Position numbers and translations under genes: made by a program. Source: Gammaproteobacteria bacterium (GTDB taxonomy: Bacteria; Pseudomonadota; Gammaproteobacteria; Eutrophobiales; Eutrophobiaceae). Taken from it: a DNA stretch of 64,000 nucleotides. This document shows, in pieces, positions 17,629-26,009 of this stretch; within the stretch, counting starts at the first letter, position 1, and each line of letters starts with the position of its first letter. The stretch covers positions 1,641-65,640 of the forward strand of contig CBDFNQ010000035.1 of NCBI GenBank assembly GCA_965250225.1, given 5' to 3'. Under the pieces are notes generated by a model. That model searched no databases, had not been told where the DNA came from, and saw only the letters and a list, made by a program, of their open reading frames with translations.

Positions 17629-19854
17629 TCACCCAGCCGAAAGACTGACATTATCCTGTTTTTGATGTTGTAAAAAATCCACAAACTGACTTACGTCTAA
17701 CGGTTTGGAATATAAATAGCCCTGGCAATAGTGGCAACCAAACTCTAAAAGTATATCCGACTGTTCCTGAATCTCTACGCCTTCGGCAACCACCTTAAGA
17801 TCCATGGCTACTGCCAAATTCACTATTGCCTTGACGATAGATATACTATGTTTGTCTTCAGTCAGCTCCTTCACAAACATACGGTCTATCTTGATTTTGT
17901 CGATAGGAAAATTTTTTAACAGTGAAAGAGATGAATAGCCTGTACCAAAATCATCTAGGGCAATCGAAATACCATAATCCTTTAATGCTCGCAGGTTCGC
18001 TAAAGACTGTTCATGATTATCTAATAGTGCGGTCTCAGTAATTTCGATTTCGATAAATTCAGGAGAGATGCCGTGTTTCTTACAAAGAGCCTGGAATGTA
18101 TTCGGATAGTCAGGGAGAGAAATTTCTCTTGCAGAAACATTAACAGAGACCGATGGGGGCGCAATTCCTGAGTCTAACCAGCTTCTATATTGAGCAAGAG
18201 TCTGGTTCAGAACCCACTCACCAATTTGGTGAATCACATTGGTTTTCTCTGCAATCGCAATAAAAACATCCGCTGCTACCACTCCAACTGCGGCACTATT
18301 CCAACGTATAAGCGCCTCGCAACCAACTAATTTCTGGTTCTCCAGCTCAAATGAGGGTTGAAACACCAAAGAAAACTCATTTTCATGTTCATGAATTGCA
18401 TTGTACAAAGAAGATTCGACACTAATAGCCTGCTTCGATTTTTCTCCTAATTCCTGACTAAAAAATTCATAGGTATTTTTACCTTTACGTTTAGCCTCGT
18501 ACATAGCGATGTCAGCATTCGTGCTCAAATCTTCAATATTTTTACCACATGATGGGTATGTGGCTATGCCGATACTGACACTAATATTAAATTCCGTGCC
18601 TTGTATGATAAAAGTGCTACCAATATTTTCCAGGATCCTCTCTGCAATATTAATAACTCGATATTCGTCATCAATATCTGAAAGCAATATCATAAATTCA
18701 TCACCGCCATGCCGTGCGATGATGTCAACAATTCTACTGTCTTCATCTGAATCTGTTAATATCTTTTGGGTGCTGGTTATTACGTCATAACCCCTGATGA
18801 TCTTTTTTAAACGCGCAGCCACATCACGTAGCAATTCATCGCCGGCATCGTGACCTTTTTGATCATTCACCAATTTAAAATTATCGAGATCAAGAAACAT
18901 AACAGCGAATCGCATCTTTTTGTTTCGGCTTGTGCGTTTCAATTCGAGCTCGAGATTGCGGAGAAATTCTCGTCTGTTAGGTAATTCTGTCAAAGTATCA
19001 CTGAAAGCAAGCTTGCGTATTTCCTCCGTCGACCTTAAGGTGGCATTGTGTAATTTTTCAATGAACGTATTGAACCAGTGCGCCAGTTCTGCCATTTCAT
19101 CGAATCCATTGTCCACCAATCTGACACCCATGTCTTCATCGTTTAAAGCAATCTTTTTTAGCGAAAGAACAATTTGGTTAATCCGCTGTAGAATATTTCG
19201 CGCAACAAATAAGGCAACTCCAAACGCCAGTAGCATAGTAAGAATACCTACCAGCAAACCTAAATGAGCAGAATTGCTAATGCGTGCGCTCGCCAATTCA
19301 ATCATAGCGACAAAATTTAATCTTTGTTCTTCCTGATGCTGCAATAACAGACTCAATAAAGCTTCATAATTTTCATTACTATCCATGCCTCTTTTAGAGA
19401 TATCATCCAGGTCAGCATCAGTAGAATTTATATCTTTGGCCAGTAATGCTGCCTCATCAAAATAATGGTTGAATCTATCTAACAATAGTTTTGAATCTAT
19501 CTCATTGTTCGGATCATATTTTTTAACGGATACGATAAATTCACGGAATTGTATTGCGTGTATTTCGGCATCAACGATTAATTCAGGTTCTGCAGTAAGG
19601 ACTGCATCTTTCAATAATGCTTGAATAAATCGCAATTCAAAAGCGGATTGCTGCAAGACTGATTGCATGGGGTAACGCTCATAGCTTGCCTCTTCCATAA
19701 GTCGAGCGTTTTTGTTTGTGACCGATAAAATAAAAACCAGGTAAATCGCAAAACCAAGGGTACCTGAGAGGGCAATAGAAATAATTTTCCAGCGTAGAGA
19801 ACGTCTGCTGGTATGCTTATCCAATATCTGGTGTTTTTTTTCGAAACTAGTCAA
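17629..19854 (-). CDS. Membrane sensor HAMP-GGDEF-EAL protein (both catalytic domains look intact)
   Basis: Two TM segments flank a periplasmic domain. There is an RIVD I-site five residues before GGDEF. The EAL signature set is complete: EALIRW, EIEITE, DDFGTGYSSL, KIDRMF, EGVE and QGYLYSKP. Confidence 0.85.
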   Translation of the reverse strand: MTSFEKKHQILDKHTSRRSLRWKIISIALSGTLGFAIYLVFILSVTNKNARLMEEASYERYPMQSVLQQSAFELRFIQALLKDAVLTAEPELIVDAEIHAIQFREFIVSVKKYDPNNEIDSKLLLDRFNHYFDEAALLAKDINSTDADLDDISKRGMDSNENYEALLSLLLQHQEEQRLNFVAMIELASARISNSAHLGLLVGILTMLLAFGVALFVARNILQRINQIVLSLKKIALNDEDMGVRLVDNGFDEMAELAHWFNTFIEKLHNATLRSTEEIRKLAFSDTLTELPNRREFLRNLELELKRTSRNKKMRFAVMFLDLDNFKLVNDQKGHDAGDELLRDVAARLKKIIRGYDVITSTQKILTDSDEDSRIVDIIARHGGDEFMILLSDIDDEYRVINIAERILENIGSTFIIQGTEFNISVSIGIATYPSCGKNIEDLSTNADIAMYEAKRKGKNTYEFFSQELGEKSKQAISVESSLYNAIHEHENEFSLVFQPSFELENQKLVGCEALIRWNSAAVGVVAADVFIAIAEKTNVIHQIGEWVLNQTLAQYRSWLDSGIAPPSVSVNVSAREISLPDYPNTFQALCKKHGISPEFIEIEITETALLDNHEQSLANLRALKDYGISIALDDFGTGYSSLSLLKNFPIDKIKIDRMFVKELTEDKHSISIVKAIVNLAVAMDLKVVAEGVEIQEQSDILLEFGCHYCQGYLYSKPLDVSQFVDFLQHQKQDNVSLSAG

Positions 19855-20526
19855 GTAGTAATTCCCTCGATTTAGTTATCAAGAGGATAGTAATACTGTA
19901 ATTATACTTACTTGTATAACAGAATGAGCCCATTCCTGATCAGTCTAAAGCAATTCAGATCCACTGCAGGTAAACGGAGCAAACCTGCTACAGGCATCCA
20001 ACTCTACAGAAGTAGAGCTCCAATGTTTGGTTCTTAGCAACAGGCCAATAACTGACACAATTGTACCTAATTATACATCAAATTCAGGAAACTCGCTATC
20101 GCGAATCAAACCTTATTGTCGTTTAATATAGACATTTTTGATAAATTCATATTCATCGAGTGAAGCTTGTTCTACTAGGTTCTATGTCATGTTCATGTTT
20201 ATCGTGCCAATGCTGTAACATGCTTAATTGTTATTTCGATGTGGGCGACAGTAGCCAATATGTTGTCCATGCAATGAATGCATGGTATTTACAATAAGGA
20301 CTTTTAAGTCTATGAGTCGCGCCGTCAGGAATAGAAAGTTTATCGTAGTGCCAGGTTATCCGGTATGCCATCTAACCACGTCTTGCTAATTAACTGTGAG
20401 CCTAAACAATGACCTAATCATAGGTATATTTTTGTCTGCCGCTTTACAAATAAGTTTAAGTTCGTCTTCTATCCAGCTATATTTGTTATTGACATTCAAA
20501 AGATAGACTTAATTGAGGCACTATGT

Positions 20527-20723
20527 ATGAGCCAGGCAATAAACAAGCAACGTAATAAATGCAGTATTAATCATAACTTGTCTGACGAAGACATTTATCT
20601 CATGTTCTGTTGCATCAATATCAGCATATGAGTTCTGAAAAATTGGCCAGGCAATTTGGTATAACAACCGCACAGGTGAGGGACATTATTGCTCGGCGCG
20701 CAAACTCAGGTTGCTGTGGATAA
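20527..20723 (+). pseudogene. Frameshifted second copy of the small HTH gene (copy 2 of the direct repeat)
   Basis: It aligns with 15392-15589, with only 3 mismatches in the last 94 nt. A 1-nt deletion (ATGTTTATGTTGC vs ATGTTCTGTTGC) gives MSQAINKQRNKCSINHNLSDEDIYLMFCCINISI*. Confidence 0.65.
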
Positions 20724-20738
20724 GGGTTAATACTAATA

Positions 20739-21191
20739 TTATTTGCCGCCTGTTCGATGTCTTTTTTGCATTGGGCTTACATCTTCTTTCTTTTCCGTTC
20801 TTAATAATCTATCAATTATTGATTCCTTTTTATTATCGACTGTATCAGGGCTTTTTTGGACTTCAGTAATTTCACCGCTAGTATCAGATTTATTAGCTAC
20901 GTTTTCCCTAGTCGGTGTAATACTATTAGATGTACCGAGTCGCCTGTATGTGTTCTTACAAGCGTTGATCGCACCAAGACGTAACATACGCATATCCTGT
21001 TTAGTCAATTCTTCATCCAGTTCGCTTCGTATCTCAGCGGCAGTAGTAAGAGATTGTTGAGTGCATATCCTGGCGATATCTGAATCAGTTTCATTGGCAA
21101 AAGTTATAGTAGATAACAAAAAGAAAATCAGAATAGTTGAGAATGTTGAAACTAATGTTATTAATTTAAAATTCTGTCTGAATAGGTTCAT
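20739..21191 (-). CDS. Hypothetical secreted or membrane-anchored protein (150 aa)
   Basis: N-terminal hydrophobic segment LITLVSTFSTILIFFLLSTITFA, then a charged low-complexity C-terminus. Confidence 0.4.
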   Translation of the reverse strand: MNLFRQNFKLITLVSTFSTILIFFLLSTITFANETDSDIARICTQQSLTTAAEIRSELDEELTKQDMRMLRLGAINACKNTYRRLGTSNSITPTRENVANKSDTSGEITEVQKSPDTVDNKKESIIDRLLRTEKKEDVSPMQKRHRTGGK

Positions 21192-21241
21192 AAATTTGTT
21201 ACATCCAGTTGATTGTGAATAATTACCATTATACTAAGTCA

Positions 21242-22225
21242 TTATTGTTTTTGAGAAATTATTTGTTGGTTTAAGACTGGAATAATGTCATGAAAGTTTC
21301 CAACGATTGCATAATCAGCCATTCTCATGAGTGGGGCATTGGCATCAGTATTAATAGCAAGAATTTTTTTTGCGTTGCGTATCCCTGCCAGGTGTTGTGA
21401 GGCGCCAGATATCCCGCAGGCAATATATAGCAAAGGTGATATATGAGTACCTGTCTGACCTATAAGATATTCTTTCGGGGCATAATCATTACCAATGGCA
21501 CCACCTGATGCACCTAATGCGGCATTTAATGTGTCTGCTAATTCTTCCAGCATCGATAATTTTGCACCATCCGTCAGTCCACGGCCACCAGCGACAACAA
21601 TTTCAGCATCTTCCAATAGAGGACGATCAGATGTGTTAGTAGAGGTTTTATAGATTTGTGCGCGTATATCACAGTCAGGTACTTTGAAGTCGACGATTTC
21701 ACAATCACAATCACAATCACAATCACAATCACTGCCACTGTCCCCTGATAATGTTTCCAGCGCACCAGGTATTACTGTCATGAACCAGGGTTTTGGATCC
21801 AGCAATTCTACATCGACAAGACATTTCCCTCCATAGAGTTCTTTGATACCGAATAATATGTGATCTTTAAAAAAGAAATCACTAACAGCGGATGCTAATC
21901 CGCTATCAAACAGGCTAGACAATGATGGAAAGACATCATTGCCTATGGAGGTTGCCCCTGTGATGACGACATCAAAATTGTTGTTTTCAATAAAGGTTTT
22001 CAATGCATGGATATACGCTTCAGGACTTTTGCTCAGGAGGCTGTTTCCTTTCAAAAGATTAATGCGAGTGACACCGTATTTCCGAATCAATTCAATCCCA
22101 ACTGGTTCAATATTATCTATAATGGCGACTTCTGTTTCATAAGCTGTGAGTTTTCCTAAAATCCCTAAAGTAATTTTTTCAATCGAATGAACGGTTTGTT
22201 CTGAGACTACGAGTATGCGTGTCAT
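21242..22225 (-). CDS. etfA: Electron transfer flavoprotein alpha subunit, with an (Asp-Cys)5 insertion in the interdomain linker
   Basis: The C-terminal FAD domain has VVAGGRG, IGQTG, LYIACGISGASQHLAG and ILAINTDANAP...ADYAIVG. It lies directly downstream of etfB. Confidence 0.85.
   Translation of the reverse strand: MTRILVVSEQTVHSIEKITLGILGKLTAYETEVAIIDNIEPVGIELIRKYGVTRINLLKGNSLLSKSPEAYIHALKTFIENNNFDVVITGATSIGNDVFPSLSSLFDSGLASAVSDFFFKDHILFGIKELYGGKCLVDVELLDPKPWFMTVIPGALETLSGDSGSDCDCDCDCDCEIVDFKVPDCDIRAQIYKTSTNTSDRPLLEDAEIVVAGGRGLTDGAKLSMLEELADTLNAALGASGGAIGNDYAPKEYLIGQTGTHISPLLYIACGISGASQHLAGIRNAKKILAINTDANAPLMRMADYAIVGNFHDIIPVLNQQIISQKQ
21698..21731 (-). repeat. In-frame hexanucleotide microsatellite (GATTGT)5 on the coding strand
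   Basis: The forward strand reads TCACAA x5 followed by TCAC. It translates to DCDCDCDCDC inside etfA (GSDCDCDCDCDCEIV). Confidence 0.9.
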
Positions 22226-22244
22226 TGAATTCTAACCAGTTTAT

Positions 22245-23078
22245 CTAGAACAATTTAATATCAGCACGAAGGTTTTCAATCACTTCCGCGACAACATTGT
22301 CAATATTACTATTATTAGTGGCATCAAAAAATTTTCCGGTTTTCTTTATCGGTGCTGGCCGATAATTGGAATAGCGCAAATGTCGATCGGTACTACTGAT
22401 ACCAATATCATTCAGCTTGAGCTTAATCATGGGTTTTTTATAGGCTCTTTTAATATGAGGAAGTGGAGCGTAACGGGGTTCATTCAGTCCGTAACTGCAG
22501 GCGATGACTATGGGAAAATTAGCTTTATATGACTCAATTAATCCTCCTTCAATCCGACTGGCAAGATCCAATCCAGTACTGGTAAAAGAAAAACTTGTTA
22601 CTCGGGTTACACATGGGAAATCCAACATCTGTGCCAGAATCTGTGGAACCTGGCAACTTTCTTCGCCAAATGATTGGTTACCACACAAGATAATATCGGG
22701 CTTCTTTCCAGAATGTTTTATGGCAGCCTTCAAGGCTTTAGCTGTTATATAGGGATCAAGTTGTTGTTCTTCTGCCAGTACAAGTATGGACTCATCCGCA
22801 CCCATCGCCATTGCAGTGATCAATGCCTCTGAATCTTTTTCACTTCCAATTCGTAAAGCAGTAATTGTTGATTCAGGGATTTGTTCACGTATCTGCAGTG
22901 CTTGTTCCACAGCACATTCATCTTCCGTATTGATGATCCAATGCAAATGTTTCGTCTCGATGTAGTCAGCATCGGTATTTGGTACGATATCTGACCGGAT
23001 GTCAGGCACTTGTTTGACGCAGATAAAAATATTCAAATGGCTATTTCTCTTCTGTAGCAGGCTGTATAACCTCAGCAT
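22245..23078 (-). CDS. etfB: Electron transfer flavoprotein beta subunit (true start probably the TTG at 23036)
   Basis: NIFICVKQVPD is the canonical EtfB N-terminus. The 14 residues upstream of it in the track ORF are atypical. Confidence 0.85.
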   Translation of the reverse strand: MLRLYSLLQKRNSHLNIFICVKQVPDIRSDIVPNTDADYIETKHLHWIINTEDECAVEQALQIREQIPESTITALRIGSEKDSEALITAMAMGADESILVLAEEQQLDPYITAKALKAAIKHSGKKPDIILCGNQSFGEESCQVPQILAQMLDFPCVTRVTSFSFTSTGLDLASRIEGGLIESYKANFPIVIACSYGLNEPRYAPLPHIKRAYKKPMIKLKLNDIGISSTDRHLRYSNYRPAPIKKTGKFFDATNNSNIDNVVAEVIENLRADIKLF

Positions 23079-23241
23079 AGCAGGAACAATATAAAAATAA
23101 ATAATTCTACTAATAGCAAAATTTCACACTTGATAAATTACTATTGAATACTCAATTGGAGATACATCTATAAGTGTATACCGTAGCAACATCTATCTGT
23201 GATACGGTTAACCGATTTTTTTATGGATTCGGGATTTTGTT

Positions 23242-24135
23242 ATGAGCGCAGAAATACTTAATGGGAAAATTATCAGTGGTGAAATTCTTGAACAAGCTGC
23301 CGATGATGTTGAGCGGTTGAAGAACGATGGATGGGGCTCAAGACTTGTTTCGATCAAGATTGGAGATAATCCGGCGGTTGACCTTTATATCCGCAATCAA
23401 AAAAACAAGGCGGAAAAAGCCGGTATCGAATTTATCGAAAGACATTTTCCTGATGACATCTCCCTGCCAGAGATAGTGACAGCAATATCTTCATATAATG
23501 TTAACCCACGCATCACCGGCATCATTCTTCAACGCCCAGTACCAGAACATCTTCCCATTAAGGCATTACAGAATGCGATTCATCCTTTGAAAGATGTGGA
23601 AGGAATGCATCCTACGTCTATCGGCAATATCGTTTATAACGAGATAGAAATGGGCCCCTGTACGGCACTTGCCTCTGTTGAACTTCTGCGCAGGACGAAA
23701 CTAAAGCTTGAAGGTTTGGAGGTAACTGTCATCGGTCATTCAGAGATTGTCGGTAAGCCGATTGCGATTATGTTGATGGCAGAAGGTGCCACTGTCACGG
23801 TCTGCCACCATATGACGCGTGACGTAGCAAAGCATTCAAAACACGCCGATGCTGTTTTTGTTGCTGCAGGAAAACCCAATCTGGTGACTGCTGATATTAT
23901 CAAACCTGGAGCAGCATTGATTGATATTGGTATCAATCAAATCGATGGGCCTGATGGAAAACCGATCATTGTCGGAGATAGTGATTATGAATCCTGTAGT
24001 GAAGTCGCTGGTTGGATTACACCGGTACCGGGTGGTGTAGGGCCAGTTACCGTTTCAATATTGATGCGCAATACGGTGACTGCTGTTGAACGACAAAAGA
24101 GTTATTATAATGATCAGTTTACAGAGCACGTTTAG
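23242..24135 (+). CDS. folD: Bifunctional 5,10-methylene-THF dehydrogenase / methenyl-THF cyclohydrolase
   Basis: YIRNQKNKAEKAGI, ILQRPVP, GHSEIVGKPIA and PVPGGVGPVT are FolD hallmarks. Confidence 0.9.
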   Translation: MSAEILNGKIISGEILEQAADDVERLKNDGWGSRLVSIKIGDNPAVDLYIRNQKNKAEKAGIEFIERHFPDDISLPEIVTAISSYNVNPRITGIILQRPVPEHLPIKALQNAIHPLKDVEGMHPTSIGNIVYNEIEMGPCTALASVELLRRTKLKLEGLEVTVIGHSEIVGKPIAIMLMAEGATVTVCHHMTRDVAKHSKHADAVFVAAGKPNLVTADIIKPGAALIDIGINQIDGPDGKPIIVGDSDYESCSEVAGWITPVPGGVGPVTVSILMRNTVTAVERQKSYYNDQFTEHV

Positions 24136-24185
24136 CGAAGATAGATATTCACAATACTCCGAAACTTTTCAGTTAATTGGATCTG

Positions 24186-24356
24186 TCACGGATTAAAATT
24201 ATTTTTGTTATTCCAGTAGATATAAATTGAGAATGCTGCAGCTAAAACACCCATGATGAAGCTTGCAGCCTTCACAACGCCGGTACTATTAGCAACAACA
24301 TAACCACAAAGTATGATAACAATGAATAATATAAAACTTGCAGTTGTTGATTTCAT
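24186..24356 (-). CDS. Possible 56-aa two-TM membrane peptide, below the ORF-track cutoff
   Basis: The product is MKSTTASFILFIVIILCGYVVANSTGVVKAASFIMGVLAAAFSIYIYWNNKNNFNP. Its ATG overlaps the TGA of the upstream amidotransferase gene in an ATGA overlap. Confidence 0.35.
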   Translation of the reverse strand: MKSTTASFILFIVIILCGYVVANSTGVVKAASFIMGVLAAAFSIYIYWNNKNNFNP

Positions 24357-25078
24357 TTGGAAAAACTTTTTAGTTGCATAATAAAGTTATTGTATATTAG
24401 TTCCGCCGATCTATTAAAGTCTGTCATATGTTTTTCAGCTTCGATATTTAATTTCTCCAGTGACCCCGGCCCCAATGTTTGTTCAAGTGATTGTTCATAG
24501 GCAGGCACCTGTCCCCAGTCAGAAACGGTAGAGTTGGTCAGTTCTATATGACATTGTAAGCTGAAAGCTGTATCTCCGAACTGTAATGCCTGTATTGCGC
24601 AGGCAGGTGAAAGAGCAAGTACAATGCTACCTGGCGGTGCTTCAGATACCTCAGCACCATGCCATTGCAGGCTTTTTAGTGTTTTTGGTAGGCCTGAAAA
24701 CAAAGGAGAATTCATTCCTTCTGCATTCAGTTCAATGTCTAGTATTCCCACTTCAGGATCAGACATGGGGCCGACCTTCCCGCCTAATGCATCTGCCATC
24801 AGTTGATGTCCGAGACAAAATCCAAGATAGGGTAGTTTCAATTCAACTATGGCTTGCCGAATGGCCAGTTTTTCCGTAACCAACCAGGGATGTTTGTCTT
24901 CCTCCCAGACATCCATAGGGCCACCCATGACGATCAGGGCATCATAGTTATTCATTTCAGGAATAGGATCCCCTTCATCCAGTTCGATCGTATCCCAGGT
25001 GATCCCGTCTTTAGTCATAAAGTCACGGAAAATACCGGGATGTTCAACCGGGATATGTTGAAAAACCAGGAAATGCAT
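24353..25078 (-). CDS. Class I glutamine amidotransferase-like protein (possible gamma-glutamyl-amide hydrolase)
   Basis: Nucleophile elbow GFCLGHQLMADALGG and CHIE (His/Glu). It is adjacent to a PuuR-like regulator. Confidence 0.7.
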   Translation of the reverse strand: MHFLVFQHIPVEHPGIFRDFMTKDGITWDTIELDEGDPIPEMNNYDALIVMGGPMDVWEEDKHPWLVTEKLAIRQAIVELKLPYLGFCLGHQLMADALGGKVGPMSDPEVGILDIELNAEGMNSPLFSGLPKTLKSLQWHGAEVSEAPPGSIVLALSPACAIQALQFGDTAFSLQCHIELTNSTVSDWGQVPAYEQSLEQTLGPGSLEKLNIEAEKHMTDFNRSAELIYNNFIMQLKSFSK

Positions 25079-25171
25079 TAATTAACTTGCTCCAAATCTA
25101 ATAAAAATGAACTTGTGTGTACCTGAAAATATGAATGGTTCAGGCTCAATAATACTTCCATAGTCAACCCA

Positions 25172-25861
25172 CTATGTATCACTCTGGCCGTAAACGATAA
25201 CCGCAAGAAATTGGATACGCTTTGCTAGTAGACGTTCAGGACCGTGTTCAACCTCGGATGAAAAGGTCAATGAATCTCCTGGGGCCATCAGGTATATATC
25301 TTCGCCATAACGGTACTCCATTTTCCCCTTCAACATATAGATGAACTCTATACCCGCATGATGGAAGCTGGCAAAACTACGACTATTTTCGTCCATCTCA
25401 ATCAAATAAGGGTCGAATAATTTTTGTGGCCCCTGATTGTATCCGAGGATCTTATAGGTATAGCCAGCCTGTTCAGTCCCAACGCGGACGACCTCCATGC
25501 CGTCCCCTTTTTTAACGAACTGAGCATTGCCTTGCGGAATTTCTATTTGTCTGAATAAAGTCGATAGTGGTACACCCAATGCAGTTGCATATCTTGTTAA
25601 TGCATCCAGGCTGGCGGATGCCTGGCCTGTTTCTATGCGGCTCAGCATGGCTGCGCTGATCTTGGAACCCTTGGACATATCTGACAGGGTCAGGTGACTT
25701 CGTTTCCGGTACTGCCTTAATAGAGAACCAATTCTTTTCTCCAAAGGCAATTCTGTATGATCTCTCACGCTCTGGGAATATCCGTTTGCTTCTTTACTTT
25801 GAATCTCAGGTTCTGTCGTGATGACTGGCCCTTGGATGTATTTGGAGTTTCGATTGGTCAT
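25172..25861 (-). CDS. XRE-HTH + cupin transcriptional regulator (PuuR-like architecture)
   Basis: The HTH is LTLSDMSKGSKISAAMLSRIETGQASASLDAL. The C-terminal cupin has GIEFIYMLKGKMEY...GDSLTFSSEVEHGP. It is divergent from mgsA. Confidence 0.8.
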   Translation of the reverse strand: MTNRNSKYIQGPVITTEPEIQSKEANGYSQSVRDHTELPLEKRIGSLLRQYRKRSHLTLSDMSKGSKISAAMLSRIETGQASASLDALTRYATALGVPLSTLFRQIEIPQGNAQFVKKGDGMEVVRVGTEQAGYTYKILGYNQGPQKLFDPYLIEMDENSRSFASFHHAGIEFIYMLKGKMEYRYGEDIYLMAPGDSLTFSSEVEHGPERLLAKRIQFLAVIVYGQSDT

Positions 25862-25889
25862 TAATTAATTATTTTTACAATTATCAAAA

Positions 25890-25966
25890 AAATATATTGC
25901 ATATTATGCAAGAAATATGTATTGTCCGCAAATGCATGAGAGTTAAATATATTGCATATTATGCAA
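25890..25966. promoter_or_regulatory. Two identical 22-nt boxes (25890-25911, 25945-25966), each containing the perfect palindrome TTGCATA-T-TATGCAA. Candidate operator pair.
   Basis: Exact repeats read in the divergent regulator/mgsA intergenic region. The palindrome centres are 55 bp apart. Confidence 0.6.
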
Positions 25967-26009
25967 AACAACAACTTATGAAATAACTTTATAAAGAGGA
26001 TTAAGAATT

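Noticed and set aside
21698-21731. The TCACAA x5 tract, or the GAGGTAGGGGACAC tandem at 131-173, as a CRISPR array
   Set aside because: The units are 6 and 14 nt with no unique spacers. The first tract is in frame within etfA. No cas genes are present.
23200-23226. CGGTTAACCG followed by ATTTTTTT upstream of folD, as a terminator
   Set aside because: A 5-bp stem with no loop cannot fold as a hairpin. It is probably just a chance palindrome in the divergent promoter region.
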